From Candidatus Thorarchaeota archaeon (GTDB lineage Archaea; Asgardarchaeota; Thorarchaeia; Thorarchaeales; Thorarchaeaceae), in assembly GCA_038893995.1 (NCBI GenBank), contig JAWAQK010000002.1, positions 32,001 through 96,000 of the forward strand: DNA of 64,000 nucleotides, in the 5' to 3' direction. Position numbers and translations under genes: made by a program. Below, piece after piece: positions 61,149 to 64,000 of this stretch. The notes under the pieces were generated by a model that made no database searches, was not told where the DNA came from, and saw nothing but the letters and a program-made list of their open reading frames with translations. The first letter of the stretch is position 1; every line of letters begins with the position of its first letter.

Positions 61149-61709
61149 ATGTACGACTTCTTGGCGCTACTCGGGTTATCTGTGTGGTTTGGCCTTCCTG
61201 CATGGATTGCCAATGCGGCGCCCGTGGTTTTCGGAGGAGGTAGACCAATCGATGGTGGTCGTCTATTCATCGACGGGAAGCGGCTCTTTGGAGATGGAAA
61301 GACTGTGCGCGGATTCGTTTCAGGAGTACTCATGGGAACCATGACTGGCACTGTGGAACACATGTTGGCCCCGTACCTGAAACCACTCATAGAGTCATAT
61401 GTCTCATTCAGTGCTGACATGGAGCAGCTGCTATTCATGACTATTCCCGTGGCTGCTTCCCTGTCCGTGGGTGCCCTGCTTGGTGACCTATTTGGATCCT
61501 TCCTCAAGAGGAGGTTTGGCATTGTCAGCGGCGGTCCTGCGCCTCTCTTGGACCAGATTGGATTTCTGATAGTTGCGTTAATTCTATCATCTGTATTCAT
61601 TGAGCCATCACCAGTATACGTACAGCTTCTGGTACTGCTTACTGTGCTTGCACACTGGATCTCCAATATGGGGGGCTATCTGCTGGGGATCAAGAAGCAT
61701 CCCTGGTGA
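61149..61709 (+). CDS. carS: CDP-archaeol synthase
   Basis: PAWIANAAPV, PIDGG, GDGKT.RG, GDL.GSFLKRR, LDQ, K..PW. Confidence 0.95.
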   Translation: MYDFLALLGLSVWFGLPAWIANAAPVVFGGGRPIDGGRLFIDGKRLFGDGKTVRGFVSGVLMGTMTGTVEHMLAPYLKPLIESYVSFSADMEQLLFMTIPVAASLSVGALLGDLFGSFLKRRFGIVSGGPAPLLDQIGFLIVALILSSVFIEPSPVYVQLLVLLTVLAHWISNMGGYLLGIKKHPW

Positions 61710-61863
61710 CGGACCGAAACAGTAACTCCGACCGTGCGGCCTCTAATGATCTCGTAGACAAGGATGGCATACTAGAACAACAACACAGGTTTCAGTTGCT
61801 GCAAAGCACTTTTCTAGCACAACACCAAAACCTCTATAAACATGGCCTAGACATTGAACCTCA

Positions 61864-62000
61864 GGGCCAGTGGCTCAGCTAGGTAGAGCGACAGGCTCTT
61901 AGTTCTCAGCCTCTACATACTGGATTGAGACACTTGTACGTCGGGGGTTCGATCATGCTGAGCATAGCTCTGCATGGAACACATCCCCCCTGGCCCGCCA
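61864..62000 (+). tRNA. tRNA-Lys(CUU) with two introns: 37/38 (61902-61931, 30 nt) and 58/59 (61953-61982, 30 nt)
   Basis: GGGCCAG/CTGGCCC acceptor plus G-CCA; anticodon CTT at 61898-61900; T-loop intron BHB GTTC/GAAC; TATAAA about 25 nt upstream. Confidence 0.92.
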
Positions 62001-62353
62001 TTTGTCAGAGAAAAGACTATGATATCCTTGCGTTTCCTTCGGCGATTACGTCCGAACAGGTATAGCTGTACCGAGTTCTTCAGTAACAGGACTGTTGATG
62101 CGCAATCCATTTTGCCCCTTGGTCTTTGTACTGGAACCGCTGTACGGGTGGCCAGGTCTTCTCGTTACTCAAGTCTTGTGTACGATGTCTATGGGTCCCT
62201 CAAAGGCCGAGATCGTACTCATCTCATCGGTAGCCATAACCCCCTGACTGATCTGTGACCATTCCGATCCTTATATCAGTGACATATCATCCTGGCTTCC
62301 TCTGCGTGTGCTACGAATGACTCTCTCCCGAGGCACCTCTCCTACGTAGATCA

Positions 62354-62409
62354 AACAGGTCATGCTCGGCTCGGACCGTTGTTCCAGCGTCCGGTAGCCA
62401 TGACCTGTT
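62354..62409. other. Long stem-loop 3' of the tfrB-like gene
   Basis: AACAGGTCATG...CATGACCTGTT, 11-bp perfect inverted repeat with inner CGGAC/GTCCG pairing. Confidence 0.5.
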
Positions 62410-62444
62410 CTTGCCGATCTTCTAGACCCGTGATTCATTTTTCT

Positions 62445-63992
62445 TCATGAGGAGCTATCTCCCTTTCTGTAGGACTCTGCTAGTAGGTCTGGAATGTACT
62501 TGGTTTCTATCTCGGTTCCTTTCAGTATGTCGCTGATCTGAATCGTACAGAATGGACACTCAGTGGCCACCATGTCAGCCCCGGTGGCCTCGATGTACTC
62601 CCTCTTCGTAGTTGCAATCTTCTGTGAGAGTTCGCGTTTTCCTGCTCGAACTCCCCCGCCTGCGCCGCAGCATCTGTTTCTGTAGGGATCCTCTATGTAC
62701 TGGAGCCCCGGTATCAGTTTCAGTAGTTCGACGGGTTGATTCACAACTCCCTGCCCACGGCCGAGATGGCATGGCTCGTGGTAAGTCACTCTCCTTCTGA
62801 TCTCTCCCTGAGGTTTAACGATGTTCTCCTTGCCAATCACATCCAACATGTACTCAGCAAGGTCGTAGACCTTGAACTTGGGTGGCTCGCCACGCTCCTC
62901 TTCTATCATCGGTCTATGATCCTCTCTGAGGGTCTTCCCACACCCTGCGCATGCCACAACTACTGTATCGAGATTGTATTTCTTCATCACATCCTCGAAT
63001 ATCTCTGTGACCCGTTTGGCGGCAGCCCTTGCGGTGTGAAGGTCTCCTGTCCTGAATGCTGGACTTGCACAGCACCATTGTTCCTTGGGCACCACCACAT
63101 CAATGCGGTTTCGATTCAGTACCTCGATCAGTGCCCTGCCAGTTTGCTGCATCCTGTAGTCAATGAGGCATCCTGTGAAGAACGCCACTCTTCCCCTCGG
63201 GTTCTTCACGAAGAAGGTCTCCGTTTCGATACTCTTCAATAGTGGTGGTTCTTTCTCGGGTACCGAACGTCCAGTGGCATTGATTGAATCTATGAATCCC
63301 TGCTGTCCCTCCGCAAGCTTATAGCCTGCCTCGACGGCCTTCGCGCGAAGTAACTCCACAGCAAGACTGGGTATCTTGATACGCTTCGGACAGATATCCT
63401 CGCACATCTTACACGTGGTGCAGGAATACACTGACTCGTTGATCGCCATGGCGACACGGTCTTCAACATCCCTCGGGTCGAGTTCAAGTCGTGCAATCTG
63501 TCTTATGATCATCGGACCAGGGTAATCCCATGTTTCATGCACAATGGGGCAGTTTGATAGACAGGCACTACATTCTATGCACTTACGGATTTCCCTGAGC
63601 TTCTCTATCTCTTCAGAGTGGATTATCTCTGGTCTCTGAGGTGGCCTGTCCCTCGCCACATAGGGCCGAATCCTTCGTATTCTGTATGTCACCTGTGAGA
63701 TGTCCACCACTAGGTCTTTGATGATGGGCATTTTTTCCAGAGGTTCAAGTCTGAGAGGTCGAGATGAGTCGATCTTTGTCCTGCATGCTATCCTTGCGGT
63801 ACCGTTGACTCTGACGGCGCATGATCCGCACTGTCCACTTCTACACTCCCATCGAAATGCAAGCCCTGAGTCGTACTTATCTTGGATGTAGAGAAGTGCA
63901 TCCAAAACAGTCATCCCGTCGATGTACTCAACATCAAAGTCTTCGAAGTATGGCTCGACATCTGTGTCAGGATTGTACCTTTGAACACTCAC
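62445..63992 (-). CDS. SdhB/FrdB Fe-S subunit fused to two CCG domains (thiol:fumarate reductase TfrB-like); N-terminus may lie outside the window
   Basis: CRSGQCGSC 2Fe-2S, CIECSAC...CP, CTTCKMC...CP, WCC, YHEPCHL, CCGAGGG. Confidence 0.88.
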   Translation of the reverse strand: MSVQRYNPDTDVEPYFEDFDVEYIDGMTVLDALLYIQDKYDSGLAFRWECRSGQCGSCAVRVNGTARIACRTKIDSSRPLRLEPLEKMPIIKDLVVDISQVTYRIRRIRPYVARDRPPQRPEIIHSEEIEKLREIRKCIECSACLSNCPIVHETWDYPGPMIIRQIARLELDPRDVEDRVAMAINESVYSCTTCKMCEDICPKRIKIPSLAVELLRAKAVEAGYKLAEGQQGFIDSINATGRSVPEKEPPLLKSIETETFFVKNPRGRVAFFTGCLIDYRMQQTGRALIEVLNRNRIDVVVPKEQWCCASPAFRTGDLHTARAAAKRVTEIFEDVMKKYNLDTVVVACAGCGKTLREDHRPMIEEERGEPPKFKVYDLAEYMLDVIGKENIVKPQGEIRRRVTYHEPCHLGRGQGVVNQPVELLKLIPGLQYIEDPYRNRCCGAGGGVRAGKRELSQKIATTKREYIEATGADMVATECPFCTIQISDILKGTEIETKYIPDLLAESYRKGDSSS

Positions 63993-64000
63993 TTTGATTG

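Noticed and set aside
61913-62258. ORFs overlapping or following tRNA-Lys(CUU)
   Set aside because: They overlap the tRNA and have no recognisable motifs
62354-62409. SECIS element
   Set aside because: No AUGA/GA core in the right geometry, and no in-frame UGA-interrupted gene recognised in the window

Overview
64 kb of core chromosome from an archaeon, most likely an Asgard archaeon (Thorarchaeota-like). That assignment is inferred from the combination of unsplit RpoB, split RpoA1/A2, PolD, Elf1, a eukaryote-like STT3, an OST3/OST6(DC2)-like protein, a PAC4-like protein and a stand-alone small GTPase. The window holds RNA polymerase, ribosomal protein and translation factor clusters, the archaeal modified mevalonate pathway cluster, lipid genes (egsA, carS), folate/C1 genes, and replication/repair genes (RPA, DP2, Lhr, type IA topoisomerase, XPD, RadB). 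Features missing from the ORF track but readable in the sequence: (1) five tRNAs, four of them carrying two BHB introns each, mostly at non-canonical positions; (2) SRP RNA with an atypical helix-8 loop; (3) an eS27 gene that apparently starts at CUG; (4) a 36-aa membrane micro-protein resembling eukaryotic Ost4; (5) K-turn leaders; (6) an unassigned multi-helix RNA candidate. No mobile elements, CRISPR arrays or inteins were recognised. All family calls come from motif recognition, not database searches.
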